64,000 nt of DNA from Syntrophales bacterium (GCA_963668175.1 OY764159.1:2880001-2944000), one strand, 5' to 3'; positions 8,867 to 22,164 are shown, counted from the first letter of the stretch. A program made the numbers and translations. The notes: generated by a model not told the origin, from the letters alone.

Positions 8867-9304
8867 TCAGTTAAAGACTGTCTTGTTCATCATCAGCCAA
8901 TAGGTGACGATTCGGCCGATATAATCCCTGAACTCGTCGGCGTCGAGAGGCTTGACGATATAACTGTTGGCGCCCAGGAGATAGCTTTCCACGCGGTCGT
9001 TCAGTTCGTTCGACGACGTAAAGACGACAACGGGGATATTCTTGGTGCGTTCGTCGGTCTTGAGGCGTTTCAGGACCTCCAAGCCGCTTACCTTGGGAAG
9101 TTTGAGATCGAGAAGGATCAGTTTCGGAAGCAGGCGCTCGTTACCGATCAGCGGCCCGTCCGTTCCGAAAAAAAGGTCGACGGCCTCTTTGCCGTCCTTT
9201 ACAGGGAAAATGCTTCTGTTGATGCTTAGTTCCCGGAAATTGTCGAGAATCAGTTCGACGTCATGGCGGTTGTCCTCAACGAGAACGATGTCGAATTCGT
9301 TCAT
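8867..9304 (-). CDS. Single-domain response regulator (Rcp1-like)
   Basis: IVLVEDNRHD, PKLILLDLKLPKVSG, IPVVVFTSS, GANSYIVKP. Confidence 0.93.
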   Translation of the reverse strand: MNEFDIVLVEDNRHDVELILDNFRELSINRSIFPVKDGKEAVDLFFGTDGPLIGNERLLPKLILLDLKLPKVSGLEVLKRLKTDERTKNIPVVVFTSSNELNDRVESYLLGANSYIVKPLDADEFRDYIGRIVTYWLMMNKTVFN

Positions 9305-9771
9305 GGATGCATCATTCCTTTCACGCGGCCGATGTCAATACCATATAAAAAAAAGGCGGTCCGCTCCAGTATTTTTATCGGACCGGCTGCATTGACCGTA
9401 CGTCACGACAGACAATACCTCCGACCCGCGCCGGAGTGTTCCGTACCTCTCGATACCATTCGCATTTTTTATCGATCTTAAATGAAGAACCCGATCGAAT
9501 CAACGAGGATTGTATGTAAGAAGATTGGCAGGTCATACCTACCATTCTTCTACCTGCCCCGGATGCGCATGGGTCCGAATCCTGCCGGGCGGGACGAAAA
9601 GCCCTATCGGGAAAGGCGGTCCGATCGTTCCTTTTCTTCATGTTATGGATCAGGCCTGCACGTGCAACATAGCGATTCATCAAGACTATATCCTTATCGG
9701 CGATCCGGGATTGCAATTCGAGACGCAATTTCATATGTTGGCCTCCATTACGAATCGAATGGGGGGCAACG

Positions 9772-10527
9772 ATGACGGATCGCCATAGCCCGGTTTGCTA
9801 CCGGGCGAGCTTCGAGATTTATTTTCACGACGCCGACCGGACGGGCTTTGCCACCCTGCCCTCCCTCTGCCGTTACCTCCAGGCGGCGGCCATCAAGCAC
9901 GGACGATCCGTCGGGACGTCTTTCGATCACGTCGCTTCCCGGAACCTGGCCTGGGTCTATTCCCGCTTTCATATTCAAATGCAGGCGTTTCCGCGCTACG
10001 GCGAGACGATCGTCGTCGATACGTGGCGTTCCGGCGTCGAAGGGACCTTTGCCTTCCGCGAATACGCCGTGGCGGACGACGCGGGAAAACCCCTGGGGGC
10101 CGCCACAGCCTCTTCCGCCCTCATCGACAAATCGACGCGCAAACCGGTCGCCGTTCCCGATTACATCAGGAACATGATTTCGTCGGACCGGGGGCATGCC
10201 GTCGCCTCCCCTTTCGCAAAACTGCCCGCCATGCCGGACGCCGAATACAGGAAGACCTTCCCCGTCCGCACGAGCGACATCGACATCAACGGCCATGTCA
10301 ACAATATCAGCTATCTGGATTGGATCATCGAAGGGGTTCCGGAAGAGGACCTTCTTCGCCTGCGTCCTTACGAGGCGGCGATCGAATTCCGCGCCGAGGC
10401 CTTCTACGGACAGTCCGTCGTCAGCGAAGCGTCCCGTTGCGACGATTCTGAAAAGGCCTTCGTGCACCGGCTATCCATAGAAGGCGACGGACGGGAAACA
10501 ACCAGGGCGCGCACGGTCTGGCGCTGA
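9772..10527 (+). CDS. Acyl-ACP/acyl-CoA thioesterase (double hot-dog, FatA-like)
   Basis: LCRYLQAAA..H, TW, FAFREY, VRTSDIDINGHVNNISYLDW. Confidence 0.92.
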   Translation: MTDRHSPVCYRASFEIYFHDADRTGFATLPSLCRYLQAAAIKHGRSVGTSFDHVASRNLAWVYSRFHIQMQAFPRYGETIVVDTWRSGVEGTFAFREYAVADDAGKPLGAATASSALIDKSTRKPVAVPDYIRNMISSDRGHAVASPFAKLPAMPDAEYRKTFPVRTSDIDINGHVNNISYLDWIIEGVPEEDLLRLRPYEAAIEFRAEAFYGQSVVSEASRCDDSEKAFVHRLSIEGDGRETTRARTVWR

Positions 10528-10545
10528 AACCCGCTGCGGGTGCGT

Positions 10546-14010
<3,465 letters not shown>

Positions 14011-14332
14011 ATTCTTCCGTATGTCACTCTGCTTCATGGGAATGTTACAGAAGCTTCCGTGCAGACCGGCGGCCGGATTGGCCGCCGCCTGCGGCGAAAC
14101 ATGCATATTCCCGCATTTTGATATCGATAGGCCGTGTTCATATCCACTTATCGGAAAATAATCAATTTAAAATCATCCGTCATGATAAAATTCGAACCTG
14201 CCTTCCCCGAGGCGCTTTCCGTTTCGTGCGGCATTATAACGGAACAGTCCGCTCGGGGCATGAGCGGCGCGCCGCCTGCCGCCCCGTTCTTGTGGAAAGC
14301 GTTACGGAACGCACGCGACATCCTCGCAGCCG

Positions 14333-14713
14333 CTAAGCACGATTCGATCGGTAATAGATGTCTTCCAGGGATTTTTTCCGTGCGGGTTTGGGAGGCAGCG
14401 TCCGCGCGTAGGAACGGCCGACGGAGAGCCAACCGTCCAGTTCCCTCGCGCCGTCCAGGGCGTTCTTACGCACCATGACCCAACCTTTCATGGGCCTGCC
14501 CGTGATATCGAAGGCACGGACGTTTTTCGACTTGAGCTTCTCCGCGGCCAGTTCGGCATCCATCCGCACGATGAGATAGTCCTTATAGACTCCGAAACAC
14601 ATGTTGCCGTCGACAAGGTAACAGATGCCTCCGAACATACCCTTCTTTTCGATTTCGCTCCACTTGAGAACGGCCGTATCGACCCGTTCGGCCAGCTTCG
14701 CATTGTATGGCAT
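14333..14713 (-). CDS. TfoX N-terminal domain protein
   Basis: MPYNAKLAERV, EKKGMFGGICYLVDGNMCFGV, FDITGRPMKGWV. Confidence 0.88.
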   Translation of the reverse strand: MPYNAKLAERVDTAVLKWSEIEKKGMFGGICYLVDGNMCFGVYKDYLIVRMDAELAAEKLKSKNVRAFDITGRPMKGWVMVRKNALDGARELDGWLSVGRSYARTLPPKPARKKSLEDIYYRSNRA

Positions 14714-15039
14714 AAAGGCTCCCGGCCGGATCGTGTCCGGCAAAAACGAAAAGCGGTCCTTATCACAAAGGAGAGAAATAGCAAATAGAAGTTTTACGCA
14801 GGCATTACATGCTTTCGCCTTTACCGGGGTCCGGATATGACCCTTGCCGATCCCGGACGGATTGCTGCAGATGGATGGAAATCTCACGGTTTCAGCGGAC
14901 AAGTCCTCCTCCTTTCCTTTACATCGAAGCGCCCGGCATGCTATGAAGACGTCACGGTCCCGTCGGAGAAGATATTCTCCCTTCCGGGACACGGTGTCGC
15001 ACGGGAGCTGCCTCCGGCGACCGGGAGAAGGAAAGAGCC

Positions 15040-15711
15040 TTGAAAGTGAAAGCTTTTCGGATATGGCCGCTTATTTTCTGCCTTTTCCTCTGGCCGACCG
15101 CTTCCCTTGCCCGGGAAATCGGCCCGCATCAGGACAGGGACCGGCAGGTGCTGAGATTCCTTGAAAAAAGGCACGGCACGTGGCACGACCTCAATATCCC
15201 GGAATCCGACGGCAGAATCCTTTACGATCTCGTCCTTAAGAACCGTTACCGGAAGGCCCTGGAGATCGGGACATCGACGGGTCTCTCGGCCATTTATATC
15301 GCCTGGGCGCTGAGCAAGACGGGCGGGAGGCTTATCACCATCGAGATCGATCCCGGCAGGCACGAAAAGGCGCTGGCCAACTTCCGGGAGGCGGGGCTTG
15401 CCGACATCATCGATGCCCGCCTGGGCGACGCCCACGACCTCGTCGGGAAACTGCCGGGTCCTTTCGATTTTGTATTTTGCGACGCCGACAAGGAATGGTA
15501 CAAAAACTACTTCGTCGCCGTTTATCCGAAAATGGAAGAAGGCGGATGTTATACGGCCCATAACGTCACGACCCGCGGTTGGGGCGGCGGAGAAGGCGTC
15601 CGGGAGTTTTACGATTATATCCGGCGGCTCCCCGGGCTTTCTACGACGGTGGACGAAAGCGGCGCCGGGATGTCCATCAGTTATAAACGGTCGGGTACGA
15701 AGAGACGGTAA
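15040..15711 (+). CDS. Class I SAM-dependent O-methyltransferase with N-terminal signal-like sequence
   Basis: ALEIGTSTGLS, LITIEID, GDA, GPFDFVFCDADK, TAHNV. Confidence 0.9.
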   Translation: MKVKAFRIWPLIFCLFLWPTASLAREIGPHQDRDRQVLRFLEKRHGTWHDLNIPESDGRILYDLVLKNRYRKALEIGTSTGLSAIYIAWALSKTGGRLITIEIDPGRHEKALANFREAGLADIIDARLGDAHDLVGKLPGPFDFVFCDADKEWYKNYFVAVYPKMEEGGCYTAHNVTTRGWGGGEGVREFYDYIRRLPGLSTTVDESGAGMSISYKRSGTKRR

Positions 15712-15949
15712 AGGGAAGCGGGTTTTACAGAAATGAACGGGCCGGCATAATGGCAAACTGGCGTTACCGGCCCGTCATGCCCGGAATTATCGACATCCTG
15801 CCGGGCTTGAAGATCAGTTTAAGCGAACGCGTCAAGGAAAACCATCGGGCGAAGGATGAAAAGCGTCCGGGCGCGATATGAATTCAGGGTCAGCCGGATG
15901 CCCGGGGCCTCCTAAGAAGGATTCCGGCGACACGGCAATGGGGAGACTT

Positions 15950-16180
15950 ATGAACGAATCGAATGAAGGCAGACAGCGCAAGGCGGGCTATCTGCCGGCG
16001 GTTGTCGGAGCGGCGATGGTCCTGGTCACCGGTTTCGCCTCGTCCGGCGGGGAAGCGACAGGCAAGCTCCTGGGGCTGATTTATCTTGTGCTCTTCATCG
16101 GCGGCTGCTTTCTTCTGGGCTTCGCCCTGATGCAGGGGATTGCCCGGCTCGTCGACAGCGTCAGGGGGAGGAAACGGTAA
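15950..16180 (+). CDS. Small two-TM membrane protein
   Basis: GGAG RBS, 76 aa, two hydrophobic stretches. Confidence 0.5.
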   Translation: MNESNEGRQRKAGYLPAVVGAAMVLVTGFASSGGEATGKLLGLIYLVLFIGGCFLLGFALMQGIARLVDSVRGRKR

Positions 16181-16257
16181 TCGCGGGGCGGAGAGACGGT
16201 TTTCCCGCCGGCACGGAAGCGCCGCCCTTTCATCGTTGTTTCACAAGGAGCTTCATT

Positions 16258-16641
16258 ATGAAAAAGTCAAATCCTTTCGACGTCCTCCGCACGATGCCGG
16301 TCGTTCTCGCCGCAATCTTCTTCCTGGCCGCGGCTGCGCCGTCCGCCGGCGCCGACAGGCTCATGTGCGCGGCGACGGAATATGCCGGGGCGACGTGCGA
16401 CTTCCAGGGCGACATCGCCGGGGGAAGCCGCGTGGCCTTTACGTGCAGACTGCCCTCGGGCGATCCGTTCGACAAGGCGTGCATCAGGCTCTATTCCCCG
16501 ATATTCGGCGAAACGATCACGGGAAGGCGGGGCTTCAACTGGCAGTGCGACGGCGGTGCCGTCGTTCACGATACGGTGCTCAAGGACATGAAGGAGATGT
16601 GCACCAAGTTGTGCGGAATATGCCGGGACGAGTGGAAGTAA
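16258..16641 (+). CDS. Secreted cysteine-rich hypothetical protein
   Basis: AAGGAG RBS, signal peptide ending SAGA, 8 Cys in the mature part. Confidence 0.75.
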   Translation: MKKSNPFDVLRTMPVVLAAIFFLAAAAPSAGADRLMCAATEYAGATCDFQGDIAGGSRVAFTCRLPSGDPFDKACIRLYSPIFGETITGRRGFNWQCDGGAVVHDTVLKDMKEMCTKLCGICRDEWK

Positions 16642-16678
16642 GCGGGGAGCGAGAACGGCGGCCTATACGCCGCCTTCT

Positions 16679-17545
16679 TTAAAAGGCTTGGCAGAGCTGG
16701 TCGATCTCTTCCTCCAGCGGCTGGTGCCATTCGGACATAGGCCCCAGACGTTCGAAGAGGGGCAAAAATTCCGGGCGGTCGCTCAGGATTTCATCGAAAC
16801 CCGATTCCTGGAACTGCCCGTTGACGACGATATTGGCGGCGTAAATGCAGGCATTTAAGCTGCAGACGGCCGCCTGCTCTCCCGTGATTTCGTGATGGCG
16901 TTCGATGGCTTCGATAAGATGATCGGGAAAGCGCCATTTCCGGACGAGGTAACCGCCGATCAGGGCGTGGTTGGCGGGCAGAACCCTTTTTTCCGCATCG
17001 ACGAAAGACAGGCCCTCCTCCTTCTGAAGTTTCAGCACCTGACCGAAGAAATCCCTGAAGTGCTCCTCCATGATGAGTTTGCCGATGTCGTGAAGCAGGC
17101 CCGCCACGAAGCAGTCGTGCGGCGACGCCCGGCGCGATTTCTCGGCGATGTACCGGCTGACGATGGCCACGGCGATGGAGTGCTTCCACAAATCCCTGAT
17201 GTCGAAGTTGTCGTACCGCTGCTTCATGCGGAAGATGTCGATGACGGCCACGGACGCGATCGCATTGCGGACCATGCCGAACCCCAGGATCACGAGCGCC
17301 TGGGAGACGTCCACGATCTTCGTGCGGCTTCCGTAAAAGGAGGAGTTGACCAGCTTCAGGATCTTGGCGGTAATGGCCTGGTCCTTTTCGATCACGTCCT
17401 TGAGCCGGTTGATGGAAACGTCCGGATCGAGCAGCATTTTGTTGATTTCCAGAAGGACGTGCGGAATCGTCGGCAGGTCCGTGATCGTGTCGATCTTCGC
17501 CAGGATCGCATTGCGCTCCGCCGTCGCCCTGATGTCTTCGTTCAT
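16679..17545 (-). CDS. HDOD domain protein
   Basis: LPTIP, IEKDQAITAKILKLVNSSFYG, LWKHS, AGLLHDIGK, HALIG, WRFP, HH. Confidence 0.94.
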   Translation of the reverse strand: MNEDIRATAERNAILAKIDTITDLPTIPHVLLEINKMLLDPDVSINRLKDVIEKDQAITAKILKLVNSSFYGSRTKIVDVSQALVILGFGMVRNAIASVAVIDIFRMKQRYDNFDIRDLWKHSIAVAIVSRYIAEKSRRASPHDCFVAGLLHDIGKLIMEEHFRDFFGQVLKLQKEEGLSFVDAEKRVLPANHALIGGYLVRKWRFPDHLIEAIERHHEITGEQAAVCSLNACIYAANIVVNGQFQESGFDEILSDRPEFLPLFERLGPMSEWHQPLEEEIDQLCQAF

Positions 17546-17857
17546 GTAGCCCTTACCCTCCGTTCTTTTTCCCGGGATATATTTTTCCTATATACGGGAT
17601 ACTGGCGTTCTCCGGAAAGCTGTACCAGTATAGAAAAATAGCCTACCTATGTCAACGATATATTCCTCATATCCCCTGAACCCTAAAAAAATCGCACTGC
17701 GCCGCGTTTTTCCGGTGGCGTAATCGAAAATTATATTGTAGAGGAACCGTACTTTTTTACAATGCAGCAAGTAGTATCTGATCCGGCAGGTGGGGCGGAC
17801 CTTTGCCCGGAAAGATCGCATGCAAGGGCCCGTTTTTTTTCATCCGAGAGCTACGAC

Positions 17858-19612
17858 ATGAAAAAGATTAAGCGAGTCTTGATTGCCAACAGGGGCGAGA
17901 TCGCCCTGCGCATTACCAAAACCCTGAAAGAACTGGATCTGGAGGTGGTCGCCGTCTACGAAAAGCCGGACAGCGACGCCTATCACCTGCGTTTCGTCGA
18001 CAAGGCCGTCCTCATCGGCGACGGTCCCGTCACGGACTATCTCAACATCGACAAGATCATCCGCGCCGCTCTCGAGAACGGCGCCGACGCCGTCCATCCG
18101 GGATACGGCTTCCTGTCTGAAAACGCCGCGTTTGCCGATGCGTGCAAAAGGGCGGGGCTGATCTTCATCGGCCCCCCGGGCTCCGTCATCCGGAATCTGG
18201 GCGACAAGCTCGTGGCCCGGGGCCTGGCCTCCGGCGCGGGACTGCCGCTGATTCCCGCGACGGACACCCTGCCGCCGGGGAATGCCTGTCTCGACGCCAT
18301 CCAGGATTTCGCCGCCGAGCACGGCTATCCCGTCATTCTGAAAGCGCTGGCCGGGGGTGGAGGACGGGGCATCCGGATCGTCCGCGACGCCACCTATCTC
18401 AAGATGCAGCTCGGGCAGGTCCAGGCCGAGGCGAGACTAGCCTTCGGGGACGAACGGATCTATGTCGAGAAGGTCATCGAGAAGGCCCGCCACATCGAGG
18501 TGCAGATCCTGGCCGACGTTTACGGCAACGTGGTCCACCTGGGCACGAGGGACTGTTCGATCCAGCGGCGGCAGCAGAAGCTCCTGGAGATCGCCCCGGC
18601 GCATCTTCCGCCGTCGCTTGCGGAGACGCTTCACGGCCACGCCGTAGACGTGGCGAAGGCGGCCGGGTATGTCGGCGCGGGCACCGTCGAATTCCTGGTC
18701 CGTCCCGAAACGAAGGAATACTGGTTCCTGGAGGTCAATCCCCGCCTTCAGGTGGAACATACCGTGACGGAGATGATCACGGGCTTCGACATCGTCCGCC
18801 GTCAGATCCTCATCGCCGAAGGGCGGGCGCTCGACTTCCACCAGGAGGAGGTCCGGATCAAGGGCATCGCCGTCGAAGTCCGGATCAACACGGAGGACCC
18901 GCACAACGACTTCATGCCCGAGGGAGGCAAGCACATCGACATGTACGAGCCGCCGGGCGGCCCGGGCATCCGCCTGGACGGCGCGATCTACCGGGGATAC
19001 CGCATCCCCGCCGTGTACGACTCCCTGCTCGTCAAACTCATCGTCTGGGGGTACGAGTGGGAGCAGACGATCAAGCGCCTGAAGCGGACCCTGAGCGATT
19101 TCACCATCGTCGGCCCCAAAACGACGATTCCCCTGTATCTTTCCATCTGCGACGAGTCCCATTTTCAGAACCAGGATTTCGATACGGGCTACCTGGAAGC
19201 GCATCAGGAAATCTTCAACTATCCCGAACACATCCATTATCTGATCGAAGACACGGTTTACAAGGCCAAGGCCGACGACGTCGAGCAGAAAGGCGCCGAG
19301 GCCGCTCCCGCGGCGGCCGATTCGGACGATATGGTCGCCCTGGCGAAGAAGAAGCACGTCACCGCCCAGGACATCGAAACCCTGCGCAGGGTCGGCGTCA
19401 TCCGTTCGCCCATCAAGGGAAAGATCGTCAAGGTTTTCCTGGAGATCGGGGAGGAGGTCCTCGCCGGGGACATCCTCATCGACCTGGAGGCCATGAAGAT
19501 GCACACCCATATCATGTCCGAGGTGGACGGCAGGATCTCCGACATCCTCGTGGAGCCGGGCGACGCCGTCGACGTCGGCGACACCCTCATGACCATCCAG
19601 ACAGGGGCTTAG
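17858..19612 (+). CDS. Biotin carboxylase fused to biotin carboxyl carrier domain (acyl-CoA/pyruvate carboxylase alpha-type subunit)
   Basis: VLIANRGEIA, HPGYGFLSEN, GGGGRG, RDCSIQRR, EVNPRLQVEH, C-terminal EAMKM. Confidence 0.94.
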   Translation: MKKIKRVLIANRGEIALRITKTLKELDLEVVAVYEKPDSDAYHLRFVDKAVLIGDGPVTDYLNIDKIIRAALENGADAVHPGYGFLSENAAFADACKRAGLIFIGPPGSVIRNLGDKLVARGLASGAGLPLIPATDTLPPGNACLDAIQDFAAEHGYPVILKALAGGGGRGIRIVRDATYLKMQLGQVQAEARLAFGDERIYVEKVIEKARHIEVQILADVYGNVVHLGTRDCSIQRRQQKLLEIAPAHLPPSLAETLHGHAVDVAKAAGYVGAGTVEFLVRPETKEYWFLEVNPRLQVEHTVTEMITGFDIVRRQILIAEGRALDFHQEEVRIKGIAVEVRINTEDPHNDFMPEGGKHIDMYEPPGGPGIRLDGAIYRGYRIPAVYDSLLVKLIVWGYEWEQTIKRLKRTLSDFTIVGPKTTIPLYLSICDESHFQNQDFDTGYLEAHQEIFNYPEHIHYLIEDTVYKAKADDVEQKGAEAAPAAADSDDMVALAKKKHVTAQDIETLRRVGVIRSPIKGKIVKVFLEIGEEVLAGDILIDLEAMKMHTHIMSEVDGRISDILVEPGDAVDVGDTLMTIQTGA

Positions 19613-19756
19613 GAAAACTGCTTTCAAAAGAAATATTTCGGATGATTATTACTGCTTAGGTTGACTTGACGCCGGCGATGTATTGCTGGCGGATGTTAGC
19701 GGAGGCGGTTTTCGCAAATTGGAATAAACAGTGATATTTCGACGTAGCTCTGTTAC

Positions 19757-20725
19757 TTAAAAATGAAGTCGCCCTTGCTTTTTAAACGAATCAGCTATTG
19801 GCCGAACTTCTAAATTCGCGAGTTGAGAAAATACATGCTTCTCACAAAAAAATTCAAATGAAGTTGATTCTGCGGATATCTGAAGGTATTTCCCCTCTCT
19901 GCGCTCAAGAAAGCCTGTAGCATGAGCAGAACATATTTCTTTGGATTGCCTGGTAACAAAAGTGTACATAGGGGGATCCGAGCACTTTATCCCATACAGC
20001 ACATTGATCCCTATTTCTCCGTACCCCGCGTCATTGCATCGTATCTTACAAGGCGTTCCATCCGGGTATTCTGCAAAAAGTACTACACCACCCTCAGGCG
20101 GAATTGTATCCGGATCAAGATTGAAAGCATTTGCTTCGATAAATCTATTCACAGCGAATGTTAATAAATTTTCGCAGGCACGAAGCCGAACTTTGCTTAC
20201 CCTGTTATATCTTGGTTTTTCCGGAGGCGGTCCGTTTGGATCACGAGTCTTTATGATGTAACCGTCGTCTCGATAGAGCGTTGTACCATCAGTTGCGACT
20301 ATCGAAGATCTTCCATATTGAGTTAGACAGTGTGTCAGTCTGTGTCCATCACCGAGCCCGTGAATATGCTGTTCCAGACAAAACGGGCATGGATCGGTCT
20401 TACTTTTGGGAGTCTGTCGATAAAGCACTAAGTAATTTTTATCACCATGCCTTTCATACTCAGCGTCGAAAATGCCTTTTGCGAGATTGCACAGCTCTTC
20501 ATTGAACGTGAACCACTCTCCCCGAATATTATATGGAGCAAATCTTCTCAGAAGAACGGTTTCAAGACGTTGGTGGCCAGGTATTTCTTTTCCTAGACGT
20601 TTAATTTCTTCGTAATTGAATGTCTGAGCTTGCTTCAATCTCCGCTCCACGTTAAAGGTAATGCCGATCTTTATCGGCCCCTTCTCTCCAATCTGTATAA
20701 AATATAAGAACTGTTCCCGACGCAT
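19757..20725 (-). CDS. Low-GC multidomain protein: GIY-YIG (T5orf172/MUG113-like) nuclease, Cys/His zinc finger and unknown C-terminal domain
   Basis: LYFIQ..GPIKIGIT..VERRL..QT, E..L..RF, RGEWF; CPFC..HIHG..GHRLTHC. Visibly AT-rich codon usage. Confidence 0.8.
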   Translation of the reverse strand: MRREQFLYFIQIGEKGPIKIGITFNVERRLKQAQTFNYEEIKRLGKEIPGHQRLETVLLRRFAPYNIRGEWFTFNEELCNLAKGIFDAEYERHGDKNYLVLYRQTPKSKTDPCPFCLEQHIHGLGDGHRLTHCLTQYGRSSIVATDGTTLYRDDGYIIKTRDPNGPPPEKPRYNRVSKVRLRACENLLTFAVNRFIEANAFNLDPDTIPPEGGVVLFAEYPDGTPCKIRCNDAGYGEIGINVLYGIKCSDPPMYTFVTRQSKEICSAHATGFLERREGKYLQISAESTSFEFFCEKHVFSQLANLEVRPIADSFKKQGRLHF

Positions 20726-20759
20726 ATTGGCCTTCCCTCGATCAACATCGTTTACGACA

Positions 20760-20789
20760 GAAAAGGGGCCGGTTGTCCCCTTTTTTGTT
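20760..20789 (-). terminator. Probable intrinsic terminator
   Basis: AAAAGGGG...CCCCTTTTTT stem between two minus-strand genes. Confidence 0.55.
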
Positions 20790-20834
20790 CGCGGACGCCC
20801 GAGACCATCCGGCCATGATCGTTGCGATATCGAC

Positions 20835-21197
20835 CTACGGCCCGACTTTCTGGAGGGTCCAGTTCCCAAGCACTTTGCCGATATGACCCCAGGTGCCGCT
20901 CATGGATTGTCCGTCCGCCGACAAGGTAAAGATGTGTTCGTTATCCCCTTTATCGTTGGAATTGGCATGATGGAGTGTATAGCGAACCTGATTGCCGGAG
21001 ACAGAACCCGTGCCGAACCATGTGACGATGTTGCTGCCGTTCCGGTAGGTGCACATGACCTTGATGGCATTTCCTTCCTGGAAAAAAATCATGGTCTGGT
21101 TGTTTCCGGAGAACTTCCAAAGACCGTTCACATCGGCGGCAAATGCGGACACAGTCCATAACATACACAATAAGCCGGTAAGAAATATTTTCTTCAT
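20835..21197 (-). CDS. Secreted beta-rich hypothetical protein
   Basis: GGAGG RBS, MKKIFLTGLLCMLWTVSAFA signal peptide, VNGLW...MSGTW...GNWTL pattern. Confidence 0.8.
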   Translation of the reverse strand: MKKIFLTGLLCMLWTVSAFAADVNGLWKFSGNNQTMIFFQEGNAIKVMCTYRNGSNIVTWFGTGSVSGNQVRYTLHHANSNDKGDNEHIFTLSADGQSMSGTWGHIGKVLGNWTLQKVGP

Positions 21198-21239
21198 ATC
21201 GACCTCCATTAATTTTTTATGTAAAACCCATTCGGGTTT

Positions 21240-21310
21240 ATTCCAAGGCAATTCCAATGGCAATTCCCGGCGTAATTCCGGGATAATTCCGGGGACACCA
21301 TACTTAATTC
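21240..21310. repeat. Short (A)ATTCC-periodic repeat ending in AATTCCGGGGACACCATACTTAATT (REP-like element)
   Basis: Five ATTCC units at 11-12 nt spacing are directly visible. The REP/tyrosine-transposase association is from recollection. Confidence 0.55.
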
Positions 21311-21372
21311 TTTTCCCCTTTCGGTCATGTTTGATTCCGTGGACATCCATCCCCTTTTCAGGGGACGTGGTC

Positions 21373-21723
21373 TTATTTATTGCCCCGGTCAGGGGAGTTT
21401 GCGATAAGCGTCTTTCGCGGCGGGATTTTGTAGATGCCGGCGTCGAGATTGCCGCGGAAGTAGCCGGAGGCCTCCCGCGTCACGATGAAGTAATACCGCC
21501 ATTCTTCCGCATCTTCCCTCAATCGGTTGTAGGCCCGGATCATCCCGTTGATCTCCTCGCCGGGCAGGCTCCGGCGCATCGCATCCTCGATTCCTTCATG
21601 CATTGCATGAAGCTCCCGCAGACAGCTCGCAAGATGCTCCGAAATCCTCCGCAGGGCCGCGAACTTCTCCCTTGCGATCTCATTCTGCAGATTGTCGAAA
21701 GGCGAATTGGTTTGATTGAACAT
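21373..21723 (-). CDS. Hypothetical helical protein
   Basis: 116 aa ORF with GGATGGGG RBS, LQNEIAREK...WRYYFIVTREASG...YKIP. Confidence 0.7.
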   Translation of the reverse strand: MFNQTNSPFDNLQNEIAREKFAALRRISEHLASCLRELHAMHEGIEDAMRRSLPGEEINGMIRAYNRLREDAEEWRYYFIVTREASGYFRGNLDAGIYKIPPRKTLIANSPDRGNK

Positions 21724-22164
21724 TCCCCATCCTTAAACATTTTCGCATCCGGAATATGTCCGATTCCATAATATCCCGGATTTATACATTTTATCTGCTA
21801 ATCGCCCTCGTTTTCGCGTTTCGCGGCGATCACAGGCAATGATACGTGATGACGGTCATAAATCTCATTAAATACGTATAATGTCCATATCAATTTATAT
21901 CGTTTTCATCCACTCCGGGCAGGTTCCGCCCGACAGAGGCGTCTTTCCCCCCTGCCCTTCCCCGTAATCTTCACCCCGTCGGCCGGGCCTATGCCTCCGT
22001 CATTGCCGTAAGGGAAATTCGAATACCCGAACGGGCATTTCCCCGATTGCGGAACGACCCGGCGATGCTTACCGTCTTTACAGGAAGTCGCCGGCAAGTC
22101 TGCCGGATCGTTGTCTTTCCGCAATCTCCCGGCGGCTCCGAATTCGATGAGGAGGTACGGGAAC

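Noticed and set aside
19613..19756. Integron attC site after the low-GC gene
   Set aside because: TAAC-like boxes are present, but I found no matching GTTRRRY or extended palindrome.
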